In this document: piece by piece, positions 40,194-49,501 of the stretch
Numbering within the stretch: position 1 is the stretch's first letter
Layout of the letters: each line of letters begins with the position of its first letter
Assembly: GCA_046297095.1 (NCBI GenBank)
Contig: JBKCNS010000005.1
Location: 19,500 to 83,499, forward strand
Length of the DNA: 64,000 bases
Source of the DNA: Candidatus Kapaibacterium sp.
Lineage (GTDB): Bacteria > Bacteroidota > Ignavibacteria > Kapaibacteriales > NICIL-2
Direction of reading: 5' to 3'
The notes under the pieces: model-generated
Told to the model about the DNA's origin: nothing
What the model saw: the letters and a program-made list of their open reading frames with translations, nothing else
Databases searched by the model: none
Translations under genes and position numbers: made by a program

Positions 40194-40901
40194 CTACTTG
40201 AGCTGCTTGGCGATTCCGGCCTTATCCAGGAATCCCACGTGCTGCCACGTACGTACACCGTTTTTGTAGAGCATCAGCACGGGAAGCGCATCAATGCCAA
40301 GCTCGCGGCAAAGGTTCGGGTGCTCGTCGGCATCAATGCGAACCAGCTTCATGCTTGATGCACGTTCTTTTGCCAGCTCTTCCAGAAAGGGCTTCATTTT
40401 CTTACACGGTCCGCACCACTCGGCATACACATCCACGAGTACCATGGGGCCGGAGGTGACCAGAGCCGTGTATTCTATCATGCTCATGCCCTTTGCTTCC
40501 GCACTTGCACCGGAGGATTCCGGCAGTCCGGCTGCACGCCATTTCATCATGCCGCCTTCCAGTTCTACCACGTTGGTATAGCCGCGTGAGCGAAGACTGC
40601 GCGCTGCAGCGGCACTGCGCGAGCCCGCCAGACAATAGACGTAGAGCGGTGTGGAAGGTTTCCAAGATGATGTGTTCTTCTCAAACTCGCTTCCGTTCCA
40701 ATCCACGTTCACGGCGTTCTTTAGATGGCCGCCCTGAAACTCGCCCGGAGTGCGAACATCTAAAACCACCGCGCCCGGAGTGGTGCGAAGTTTCTCTGCG
40801 AATTCTTTTGCCGGCAATGATGTTGTGGAGCCGGATTGGCCGTTGCAGGATGCAAGCCATAGAAAGCTCAAAAACAGAGAGAGTTTGAGAGAGGAGATCA
40901 T
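40194..40901 (-). CDS. exported rhodanese-domain sulfurtransferase fused to a thioredoxin domain (lipoprotein)
   Basis: Signal/lipobox MISSLKLSLFLSFLWLASC. The rhodanese active loop CLAGSRS matches CxxGxR[SA]. The C-terminal thioredoxin has WCGPC. Confidence 0.75.
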   Translation of the reverse strand: MISSLKLSLFLSFLWLASCNGQSGSTTSLPAKEFAEKLRTTPGAVVLDVRTPGEFQGGHLKNAVNVDWNGSEFEKNTSSWKPSTPLYVYCLAGSRSAAAARSLRSRGYTNVVELEGGMMKWRAAGLPESSGASAEAKGMSMIEYTALVTSGPMVLVDVYAEWCGPCKKMKPFLEELAKERASSMKLVRIDADEHPNLCRELGIDALPVLMLYKNGVRTWQHVGFLDKAGIAKQLK

Positions 40902-40902
40902 A

Positions 40903-41205
40903 TCAGGAAATGTGTTGTTGAAGAGTACTAAGTAAATCGCGGTGTGTCATCACTCCGCTGCCACGCCAAACTACTTCGCCGTTCTTAAATAGAATTAAGG
41001 TGGGAACAGATCGCACGGCGAATTGCGCCGCCACCCGCGGATTAGCATCCACATCAATCTTGATGATGGTGACAGCATCGCCAATGCTCTTCTTCACGTC
41101 TTTGAGAATTGGAGCAAGTGTTTGGCACGGACCGCACCAAGCGGCAGTGAAATCAATAAGCGTGGGTGTGGCATTATTGACTAATTCGGAGAGAGCAGGT
41201 TTCAT
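40903..41205 (-). CDS. trxA: thioredoxin
   Basis: ATG at 41205 verified. 100 aa with WCGPC and a canonical Trx fold sequence. It lies 1 bp upstream of the rhodanese-Trx gene. Confidence 0.85.
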   Translation of the reverse strand: MKPALSELVNNATPTLIDFTAAWCGPCQTLAPILKDVKKSIGDAVTIIKIDVDANPRVAAQFAVRSVPTLILFKNGEVVWRGSGVMTHRDLLSTLQQHIS

Positions 41206-41364
41206 GGTGGTGTAGTGACAAAAACTCAACGATGACGAAACGCAAAAGCAGACAAACATTCATGGTTCACCCGCTATTTTGGCCTCAGCTCTAAGCATGC
41301 TCAAACGAACACGCAAATGCAAATGCACAATGCAAAGCGTGCACATCAAACATCGAAGAATAGT

Positions 41365-44300
41365 ATGAAAAAGATCAGCCCTTCATCTTTGCAAATTCTC
41401 CTCTCCTTGGTTCTGCTTTGTGCAGCATTTGTCGTCGTGCCGCACGGTAGCAGTGGCAGAGGAGGTGAAGGATTTGAGGAAGATCACAATGCACGACGAG
41501 AATGGGAGAGAATTCGTTTATGCGATCCGGCCACAGGCCGCATTCCGCTTGGTATGCGAGCTCGCGAACTTGCGTTTGCATCCACACTGCCAAGCAGAGA
41601 GTCGATGCTTCCTAAAGGTGCGAACAGCCCGCTTGCCAATACCTTCAGCTCGTCGGGACCCGCTAATATTGGCGGCCGCACGCGCGCGCTGGCTATTGAT
41701 GTCACCAACGAACAGACCATTCTTGCCGGTGGTGTGTCCGGCGGCATATGGAAATCCGTTGATGGCGGCGCTTCATGGCGCGCCGTAACGGCACCCACAC
41801 AAATGGTGGATGTAACCTGCATAACGCAAGACACCAGAAAAGGCAAAGTGAAAATCTGGTATGCCGGCACGGGAGAGTTGTGGGGCGGTTCGTCCGAGCT
41901 TAAGGGCACGGGCGTGTATAAGTCCACCGACAACGGCGAAACCTGGACATCGCTGAGCGCAACATTCAACTCCACTCCCGAGTCGTGGGATCATCCCTTC
42001 GAGTTTGTGTGGCGTCTGGTGGTTGATCACACAACTACATCGCAGGATATCGTCTATGCGGCCACAGCTCTGGGAGCAATTCAACGCAGTACGAATGGCG
42101 GCCAAAGCTGGACGCCGGTGCTCGGTGCCTTTGCTAACGGCTATAGTTATTTCAGCGAAGTGGCTATCACTCCATCCGGCGTACTCTATGCAGCGATGTC
42201 GCAGCAAACTTCGTCCGGTGGCAGCTCTGTAGTAAAGGGAATGTATCGCTCTGTGGATGGCGTGAAATGGACGAACATTTCGCCGAGTTTTCTTCCGGCA
42301 GTCTTTGGCCGCATAGCCATAGGCATTTCGCCTTCCAAACAGAATGAAGTATTCTTTGTTGCCAACACTCCCAATTCAGGATTTAAGCAAGTGGATTTTC
42401 GTGGGCGTGAGGACTGGAGCTCGCTGTGGAAATACACCTACACCTCCGGCGACGGCGCCGGCACCGGTGGCTCATGGGATAATCTGTCCGATAATCTTCC
42501 GCGATGTGGCGGCATATTCGGTGATTTTCAATCCCAAGGCTCGTACGATTTATACATACGCGTACATCCCACGAATCCGGATGTTGTGTATGTGGGCGGC
42601 ACCAACATGTACCGCAGCGACGATGGTTTTAGAACTTCAACATGCAATTGGATAGGCGGCTATGGTCCGGGCTCCGGTTTTCCTTTTTATACTATGTATC
42701 CCAACAATCATCCCGATCAGCATGAGTGTGTAATGTATCCGAGCAATCCCGATCGATTGCTCTGCGCAAACGACGGCGGGATCTTCCGCACAGAGAATGC
42801 GCGTGCGGCTTCTGTGACGTGGACATCGCTGAACAACGGATATCTTACCACACAGTTCTATACCTGCGCGTTGCAAAAGCACGACAGCTCGAACAAGGTG
42901 GCAGGCGGCCTGCAGGACAACGGCACGGTGTTCACAACGAACGTAAAAGTACCCTTGCCATGGACATCGCCGGGTTTGGGCGACGGCTCGTATTGCGCCT
43001 TTACTCGGGAAGGCACCGTGATTATGTCCAGACAGCAGGGAGTGGTGGGGCGGTTTGAAGTAGACTCCGCCGGCAACGCACAGCGTTTTGCCCGTATCGA
43101 TCCAAAGGGAACGGTGCGAGACAGTTTCCTGTTTATCAATCCCTTCGTGATGGACCCCGCTGACACCAAGCGGATGTATATGCCCTATCGCCGCGTGATC
43201 TATCGCTGCTCCGATATCACCATCACACCATGGGGCTCGTGGGACACAGCTCCCACAGCCACGGAAGGTTGGGATGTCATGCCGTTGAACTATTCATCCA
43301 AAGTGATAAGTAGCTGCGCTGTGAGCACAGCGCCTGCAGACCGCTTGTATTATGGCACGCAAGACGGCTACATCTATCGCGTTGATAATGCGCGCGCTGC
43401 ACAGCCGAGTGCTAAAGACATCACAGGTACGGGGTTCCCGCGCGGTAATATCGAGTGCATTGCCGTGAACCCGCGCAACGCCGATTCGGTGCTGGTTGTG
43501 TTCAGTAATTATGGAGTACAGAGTTTGTTCTTTACCGACAATGGTGGCACAACATGGAAAGCCGCGGGCGGTAATCTTGAAGGTGCGTTAAATGGTGTAG
43601 GCAACGGACCCTCGTGCCGCTGGGCCACGTGGACATTCGTTGACGGCAGAGTAATGATCTACGTTGGTACCAGCGTTGGCTTGTATAGCACCGCCTTTCT
43701 CAATGGCTCTGCCACAGTGTGGATGCAGGAAGGTGCATCGAGCATAGGGCGTGCAGTAGTTACCATGATGGACTATCGCGAAAGAGACAACTTGATGATT
43801 GTTGCCACGCACGGCAACGGTATGTACACGGGCACTCTGCGCGATGTGCCTGCGCCGCCGCCATCACCGGAGCTAAGCACTCCCAAAGACGGTACCCGTG
43901 GCGTGCTCACCTCCGAGTATCTTGTGTGGAAGGCATCAGCCGGTGCTGTAGTGTACAATGCGCAGATATCCACCGACTCCTTATTCACATCGATATTCTC
44001 GAGCACCGATGGTCTGCGCGATTTGCAAGTGAAGGCAGACAATCTTGAACAGGGGCATCGCACCTATTACTGGCGAGTGCGCGCCGCAGGTTCCGGCGGA
44101 TACAGCGCGTACTCAGCGCCCTTCCGCTTTGTTACAGCCGTGGAGCCGCCGCTGCAGATATCGCCGGCCGCGGGCTCGCAAGGAAATCCCGTAGATCTGA
44201 TGCTCGTGTGGTCGCGCGTACCGAGCGCGGCCTCGTATCGTTTGCAGGTATCCACCAGCTTTGCCTTTGCCTCTCCCGTTGTGGATACGGTAATCACCGA

Positions 44301-44697
44301 CACCACGTTTGCAGTAAGCGCGTTGCTGACTTCGAAGCGGTACTACTGGCGAGTACAGTCAATTGATGCCGATGGTGCCGGTGTGTACGTATCACGAAAC
44401 TTTACGACGGGTGGATCTACCGGCGTAAATGAAAGTGATAGCGATAGTCTAAGCGTATGGCCGATTCCTGCCGGCGATCACCTGCGAATTCGCGCGCAGA
44501 ACCTGAGTGAAGCATCGCCTGTATGCGAGGTGTACGACCTTAGCGGCCGGCGCGTTGCCACACTGCGAACTACGCGAATGCCGTCCGGTCAGGCAGAGTG
44601 GAACTGGATGTGCGGTGATGTTGCTCGCGGGTTGTATCGCATTACGGTGCACACCTCGCGGGGCGTCGTACAAACAACAGTTGTGCTGCAGCCATAG
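41365..44697 (+). CDS. secreted BNR/Asp-box repeat (sortilin/Vps10- or xyloglucanase-like beta-propeller) protein with FN3-like modules and T9SS C-terminal sorting domain
   Basis: ATG at 41365 verified, signal MKKISPSSLQILLSLVLLCAAFVVVP. Asp-box motifs STDNGETWTSL, STNGGQSWTPV, SVDGVKWTNI, TDNGGTTWKAAGG. C terminus VYDLSGRRVATL…GLYRITVHTSRGVVQTTVVL. Confidence 0.7.
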   Translation: MKKISPSSLQILLSLVLLCAAFVVVPHGSSGRGGEGFEEDHNARREWERIRLCDPATGRIPLGMRARELAFASTLPSRESMLPKGANSPLANTFSSSGPANIGGRTRALAIDVTNEQTILAGGVSGGIWKSVDGGASWRAVTAPTQMVDVTCITQDTRKGKVKIWYAGTGELWGGSSELKGTGVYKSTDNGETWTSLSATFNSTPESWDHPFEFVWRLVVDHTTTSQDIVYAATALGAIQRSTNGGQSWTPVLGAFANGYSYFSEVAITPSGVLYAAMSQQTSSGGSSVVKGMYRSVDGVKWTNISPSFLPAVFGRIAIGISPSKQNEVFFVANTPNSGFKQVDFRGREDWSSLWKYTYTSGDGAGTGGSWDNLSDNLPRCGGIFGDFQSQGSYDLYIRVHPTNPDVVYVGGTNMYRSDDGFRTSTCNWIGGYGPGSGFPFYTMYPNNHPDQHECVMYPSNPDRLLCANDGGIFRTENARAASVTWTSLNNGYLTTQFYTCALQKHDSSNKVAGGLQDNGTVFTTNVKVPLPWTSPGLGDGSYCAFTREGTVIMSRQQGVVGRFEVDSAGNAQRFARIDPKGTVRDSFLFINPFVMDPADTKRMYMPYRRVIYRCSDITITPWGSWDTAPTATEGWDVMPLNYSSKVISSCAVSTAPADRLYYGTQDGYIYRVDNARAAQPSAKDITGTGFPRGNIECIAVNPRNADSVLVVFSNYGVQSLFFTDNGGTTWKAAGGNLEGALNGVGNGPSCRWATWTFVDGRVMIYVGTSVGLYSTAFLNGSATVWMQEGASSIGRAVVTMMDYRERDNLMIVATHGNGMYTGTLRDVPAPPPSPELSTPKDGTRGVLTSEYLVWKASAGAVVYNAQISTDSLFTSIFSSTDGLRDLQVKADNLEQGHRTYYWRVRAAGSGGYSAYSAPFRFVTAVEPPLQISPAAGSQGNPVDLMLVWSRVPSAASYRLQVSTSFAFASPVVDTVITDTTFAVSALLTSKRYYWRVQSIDADGAGVYVSRNFTTGGSTGVNESDSDSLSVWPIPAGDHLRIRAQNLSEASPVCEVYDLSGRRVATLRTTRMPSGQAEWNWMCGDVARGLYRITVHTSRGVVQTTVVLQP

Positions 44698-44785
44698 TAG
44701 TGGAGCGCTATGCAGCGCAATTCACTGCATTGCAGTGTATGCTATACACTGCAGAGCAACCACGAACAGCAGCTACCGGAGTGTT

Positions 44786-46102
44786 ATGAAATCTGCTTGT
44801 GTGCGCATGAAGCAATCATGGCCACTCAAGCTTAGTGCTACCTATGATTCACAGAAAGTGTATTCCATGAATGATGATGTTGTTTACGGTGCGTCGCTTC
44901 GCTCGCTCTGGGATTTAGAGCCCAACATGACCTTCCTGAACAATGCGTCGTTTGGTGCCACACCGCGAGTGGTGATGCAGGCGCAAAGCGAATGGCGCGC
45001 AAGGATGGAATGCCAGCCGGTGGAATTTGTGATGCGCACTCAGGGTGCGGCCATGCGCGCTGCTGCCGAACCCATGGCATCGTTCCTTGGAGCCGATGCT
45101 CAAGACTTTGTGTTTGTCGATAACGCAAGCACCGGCGTGAGCACCGTGGTGCATTCCTTGCTTTCCATTCTCAAGCCCGGCGATGAGCTGCTTACTACCT
45201 CGCATGTATACAATGCGGTTCGGCAGACGATGAAACACGTATGCGCGCTTAGCGGTGCGGTGTACAAGGAAGCGCACGTACCGTTCCCGTTGCAATCGGG
45301 AAGCCAGGTGCGGGAATGCATGCTCAATGCCATCACTCCGCGTACACGATTTGTGATCGTGGATCACATCACTTCGCCTACAGGCTGCATTTTTCCTGTG
45401 CAGGATATTATTGCCGACTGTAAGGAGCGCGGCATACTTGTGATGATCGATGGTGCCCATGCGCCGGGAATGGTGCCCTTACACCTCGATGAACTCGGCG
45501 CCGATTGGTACACAGGGAATTTTCACAAGTGGATGTATGCTCCCAAAGGCAGTGCCTTCTTGTGGACGCGCCGGGACAGACAAGCCATGACGCATCCCTT
45601 AGTGCCCTCGCACGGCTATGGCCAAGGATACACAGCCGAGTTTGATTTTATAGGCACCAAAGATTGGTCGCCCTATTACTGCGCCGTGGACGGCCTGCAC
45701 TTCTTCGAAAAAATGGGCGCGCAGAAGGCAGTGGCATACAATACATCGCTCAATCTTTACGCGCGCGAAGCGCTGATGAAGGTGATTCCACAACCTGCTC
45801 CCTGCCCGGAATCGATGCTGGGTTTCCTTGCGGCTGTGGTTTTGCCCATAGAACTTCCGCAGAGTGCAGCAAGTGATGCGTTGGATCAGCCCACCGCCGA
45901 GCACACTGCTGCGCTCATGAATCTCAGCTTGAAGCTCCACGATCGTTTGTGGGACGAGCACCGAATTGAAGTTCCCGTGATGGCTTTTGGTTCGCGCATA
46001 CTGCTGCGCACGGCATCGCATGTGTTCAATGAACAACAGCAATACGATTTTTTGGCATCCATACTTCCATCTCTGATAGCCGATGCGCAAGCTCACGCAT
46101 AG
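44786..46102 (+). CDS. class V aminotransferase (isopenicillin-N-epimerase / cysteine-desulfurase-like)
   Basis: The track start at 44507 overlaps the previous gene. The first ATG after its stop is 44786; 44867 (MNDDVVY) is also possible. PLP-fold regions GDELLTTSHVYNAV… and FHKWMYAPKGSAFLW (putative PLP-Lys). Confidence 0.7.
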   Translation: MKSACVRMKQSWPLKLSATYDSQKVYSMNDDVVYGASLRSLWDLEPNMTFLNNASFGATPRVVMQAQSEWRARMECQPVEFVMRTQGAAMRAAAEPMASFLGADAQDFVFVDNASTGVSTVVHSLLSILKPGDELLTTSHVYNAVRQTMKHVCALSGAVYKEAHVPFPLQSGSQVRECMLNAITPRTRFVIVDHITSPTGCIFPVQDIIADCKERGILVMIDGAHAPGMVPLHLDELGADWYTGNFHKWMYAPKGSAFLWTRRDRQAMTHPLVPSHGYGQGYTAEFDFIGTKDWSPYYCAVDGLHFFEKMGAQKAVAYNTSLNLYAREALMKVIPQPAPCPESMLGFLAAVVLPIELPQSAASDALDQPTAEHTAALMNLSLKLHDRLWDEHRIEVPVMAFGSRILLRTASHVFNEQQQYDFLASILPSLIADAQAHA

Positions 46103-46637
46103 TCAAATTGTTGATCAACGGCTCACCGTAGAGACGGCCCAAGAGGTGCCGCGATTCCCCGTGTACGTGTGTGCTACGAATATTCGCAGCCTGTATAATA
46201 TTGGGTCGCTGTTCAGAACCTGCGATGCAGCCCGCGTGCAGGAGCTGATACTCTGCGGCTTCACGCCGCACCCGCCTCGTGTAGAGATTACCAAAACCGC
46301 ACTTGGTGCTGTAGATACCGTGCCATGGCGCTATGAGCCGGATGCTTGCAGCGCGCTTCGCGACTTGCGTAGCAAGGGAGTAAAGATCATCGCGGTGGAG
46401 CTTACGGAAAACGCCCTGGCCTATACGGAGCTCACAGCTGCTCACATGCCATGCTGCTTAGTGTTGGGTAATGAGCTCACGGGAATTGCCGACGACGTGC
46501 TTGCAGAGTGCGACGATGCGGTAATGATTCCCATGCACGGTGTAAAGCACTCGCTCAACGTCTCGGTGGCAGCCGGCATTGTGATATTCGAAGCAATACG
46601 CGTGGCTAGTGCTTTGCCACTCCGCCATCCACATTGA
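46083..46637 (+). CDS. SpoU/TrmH-family RNA 2'-O-methyltransferase
   Basis: SPOUT motifs …GSLFRTCDAA…, LVLGNELTGI and …IPMHGVKHSLNVSVAAGIVIFE. Confidence 0.75.
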   Translation: MRKLTHSQIVDQRLTVETAQEVPRFPVYVCATNIRSLYNIGSLFRTCDAARVQELILCGFTPHPPRVEITKTALGAVDTVPWRYEPDACSALRDLRSKGVKIIAVELTENALAYTELTAAHMPCCLVLGNELTGIADDVLAECDDAVMIPMHGVKHSLNVSVAAGIVIFEAIRVASALPLRHPH

Positions 46638-47370
46638 TCGTTTGCCCGGTGATAATACCGGATGCAGGCAGCGCAAGAAAGGCAACAACATTTGCAATGT
46701 CGTGCGGCTCGTCGGAGCGGTGAACGCTTTGCGTGGGAATAATGTGTTCGAGTAGCGAGCGCGATAGCTCGGTGTCCGTGCGGCGTTGTGTAGCGGTAAG
46801 CCCCACCGTAATGGTGTTCACGGTGATGCCATACTTGCCAACCTCCGATGCCAACGAGCGGGTGAATCCTATCATTCCCATCTTCGCTGTGGCGTAGTGC
46901 GTCAGGTATGGAGTGCCCAGCCACACTATGTCTGAAGACAACGTGATGATGCGTCCGAACTGTGCTTGTTTCATGATAGGCACCACGGCATGCGCGGTAA
47001 GGAACAGCGAATTCAAACTCACATCCAGCATTCGTTTCCACTGATCAAAACGCAGAAGCTCGAAGGGCTCCTCTTCGTACAGACCTACATTGTGCACAAG
47101 AATATCGATGCGCCCGAAGTCCCGCAGCACATCGCTTACAATGCGCTGCACATCCTCCGGTGAGCTTAGATCGCCGCGGTAGGCACGTACATTGGGCGTA
47201 ATGGCCAGCACTGCGTTCACGGTATCCTGTGCGTCGGCGATATCGGCAATAGCAATAAGCGCGCCCTCTTCGGCAAGGCGCTCACAAAAAGCGCGACCAT
47301 TGCCGGTGGCTGCTCCCGTAACCAGGGCCACTTTATCTTTTAACCCGCGTTCGTATGTGTGCAGTTGCAT
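46606..47370 (-). CDS. SDR-family NAD(P)-dependent oxidoreductase
   Basis: TGAATGNG Rossmann motif, catalytic YxxxK (YATAKMG). 254 aa. Confidence 0.8.
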   Translation of the reverse strand: MQLHTYERGLKDKVALVTGAATGNGRAFCERLAEEGALIAIADIADAQDTVNAVLAITPNVRAYRGDLSSPEDVQRIVSDVLRDFGRIDILVHNVGLYEEEPFELLRFDQWKRMLDVSLNSLFLTAHAVVPIMKQAQFGRIITLSSDIVWLGTPYLTHYATAKMGMIGFTRSLASEVGKYGITVNTITVGLTATQRRTDTELSRSLLEHIIPTQSVHRSDEPHDIANVVAFLALPASGIITGQTINVDGGVAKH

Positions 47371-47422
47371 AAACTCTACGTGGATACGTGGTGATGGAGA
47401 ACTCTTCCTCTAGCGGTACTTC

Positions 47423-48529
47423 TTACTCTGCTTCTTCATCAGGTTGATGCTGATCATCATCTGCGCCATGCTCTTGTGAATCTGACTCTGCGTCGGCGTC
47501 TACGTCTACATGATCAGAGTCGTCGTGAGCATCGTGAGCGTCGGGCTGCAGCTCTTGAGCGGTTATCACCGTGCCGGGCATGGGAATTTCGTCTTCATGG
47601 CGACCTTCTTCGCGCATGCGTTCATGCTCTATGATTTTTTGCTCGTTGTCTACCATCGATTGAATCTTCGAGAGCAATTCGCCCGACGTTGTTTTTACCG
47701 AGATGTCCAGTCCGCCGGCAAGCTCTGCGGCTTTGGTTTGGAACAGCTCGTCGAGTTCGCGAAGCTTGGGTAGATCTTTAGTGGAATGCAATCCGAACAT
47801 GCGCAGAAAATCGTCGGTGGTGCCATAAAGCAACGGCTTGCCCGGCGCATCGGAGCGGCCCGCAAGCGTGACTAAATTTTTCTCGACCAACGAGTTGATC
47901 ACCTCGTTGGAGTTTATACCGCGAATTGCCTCGATCTCCGGTTTAGAAATGGGCTGCTTGTAGGCAATGATGGACAATGCCTCGAGCGCAGCTTGAGATA
48001 ATCTGCGGCGCGTACGGGATTTAACCAGACGCGATACTACCTCGCCGAACTCCGATGTGGTAGCAAACTGATAGCCGCCGGCAATGCGCACCACCCGATA
48101 CGGACGCTCCGATACAGTGAGCGTATCGTTGATCTCGTCCACCAACTCCGCCACCAGTGCTGCCAGTTCCGAGGGTTCGATAGGATACTTTTTCTTCGAA
48201 GCTTTGCCCGAGGTCTTGGGCGCTTCAGCGGGTGCTTCAGCGGCTTCATCAGCTGCGCCTTCGGAAGCATGTGCCTCCGCATCGAGTACGGATGCAGACT
48301 CTGCATTCGGTTGCGGAGTTTCTTGAGTTTCCGACTGTTCCGGTGTGTTCGAATTGTCCGAATTATCCGGAGCTTCATTCTCGGTATCAGAATGCAAGCC
48401 GTCTTCCAGCACCAGCACCTTGAACATAGTCTTGTTGGTGAGCGGTTCGTCGCTGGCAAAAATCAATGCCTCCAAGGTGGAGCGCTGCGACTCGCGAGAA
48501 AGCGTCAAAAAGAAAGGTAGTGTGCGCAT
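47423..48529 (-). CDS. scpB: segregation and condensation protein B with long acidic low-complexity C-terminal tail
   Basis: EALIFASDEPLT and winged-helix pair typical of ScpB. The last ~120 aa are Asp/Glu/Ala/His-rich. Confidence 0.8.
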   Translation of the reverse strand: MRTLPFFLTLSRESQRSTLEALIFASDEPLTNKTMFKVLVLEDGLHSDTENEAPDNSDNSNTPEQSETQETPQPNAESASVLDAEAHASEGAADEAAEAPAEAPKTSGKASKKKYPIEPSELAALVAELVDEINDTLTVSERPYRVVRIAGGYQFATTSEFGEVVSRLVKSRTRRRLSQAALEALSIIAYKQPISKPEIEAIRGINSNEVINSLVEKNLVTLAGRSDAPGKPLLYGTTDDFLRMFGLHSTKDLPKLRELDELFQTKAAELAGGLDISVKTTSGELLSKIQSMVDNEQKIIEHERMREEGRHEDEIPMPGTVITAQELQPDAHDAHDDSDHVDVDADAESDSQEHGADDDQHQPDEEAE

Positions 48530-48564
48530 AACAAAAAGTGAAATTCAAGTTCGGGGTTTGGGAA

Positions 48565-49440
48565 TTACGATTGTTGGTCGTTGCTGTTGTTTCCCTCAGG
48601 AGCAGGCAGTGCGCGCTCTTCAGGGGTATTCAATGATTCCGGCTCATCGTCGTGCAGAACTTCGTCTAAGGTTTTGGTTTCGATCATGTCTTCGAAGGGT
48701 ACGATCTCGATATCGTCGAAGTTGTCGTTCTGACGAATCGAAATGATTTGGTTCTTCGACATTTCCAGAATGGCAAGGAATGTTACCACGATGAAGATGC
48801 GCGGACGATCGTGAATAAACTGCATGAAGCTGATCTTGCGGCTGGATCGCAGGTGCATGAGTACGTGTTCGGTTTGCTCCTCGATGGTTACCGAGTACAA
48901 CTGCACGGTGTGCAGAATCTCTTTTTCGGGTTTGCGCTCCAGCGCTTTCTTGAAGGCAGCCAGAAGATCGAACAGGGTAGCGTTTTTATACACCTCGTCT
49001 TCGGAGTCGCGCTCGTCGGCATCGAACATTTGGCGGTAAAACACATACCGCTGCGCTTCTTCGCGCTCCGAAAATTCGCGGCTTACTTCTTTGTACTGTG
49101 AGTATTGAAGCAGCTGCTGCACAAGTTCCGCGCGAGGGTCTTCGCCGGGCACTTCTTCGCCGCGCTCGTCAACTTCTTTGGGTAACAGCATGCGCACCTT
49201 GATCTGCATCAGGGACGAAGCCATCACCAAAAACTCGCCCGCAAGTTCAAGGTCGAACAGTTGCATCAGCCGTATGTACTCCAGGAACTCCCGTGTGATT
49301 TTACCGATGGGAATATCATAGATGTCCAGCTCGTCTCTCTTGATAAAAAACAAGAGCAGATCTAAAGGACCTTCGAAGTTCGGCAGGCGAACCGTGTATG
49401 TATCAAGCCGTGACTGCCTGGTATTGATATCCGTTGTCAT
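48565..49440 (-). CDS. scpA: segregation and condensation protein A
   Basis: FEGPLDLLLFFIKRDELDIYDIPIGKIT is the ScpA N terminus. 291 aa, immediately upstream of scpB. Confidence 0.8.
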   Translation of the reverse strand: MTTDINTRQSRLDTYTVRLPNFEGPLDLLLFFIKRDELDIYDIPIGKITREFLEYIRLMQLFDLELAGEFLVMASSLMQIKVRMLLPKEVDERGEEVPGEDPRAELVQQLLQYSQYKEVSREFSEREEAQRYVFYRQMFDADERDSEDEVYKNATLFDLLAAFKKALERKPEKEILHTVQLYSVTIEEQTEHVLMHLRSSRKISFMQFIHDRPRIFIVVTFLAILEMSKNQIISIRQNDNFDDIEIVPFEDMIETKTLDEVLHDDEPESLNTPEERALPAPEGNNSNDQQS

Positions 49441-49501
49441 TCGTGTTTGCGATTGCGTATCGTAGTGTGATTCTCTGTATCATTCTCATTATCATTCGCG
49501 C

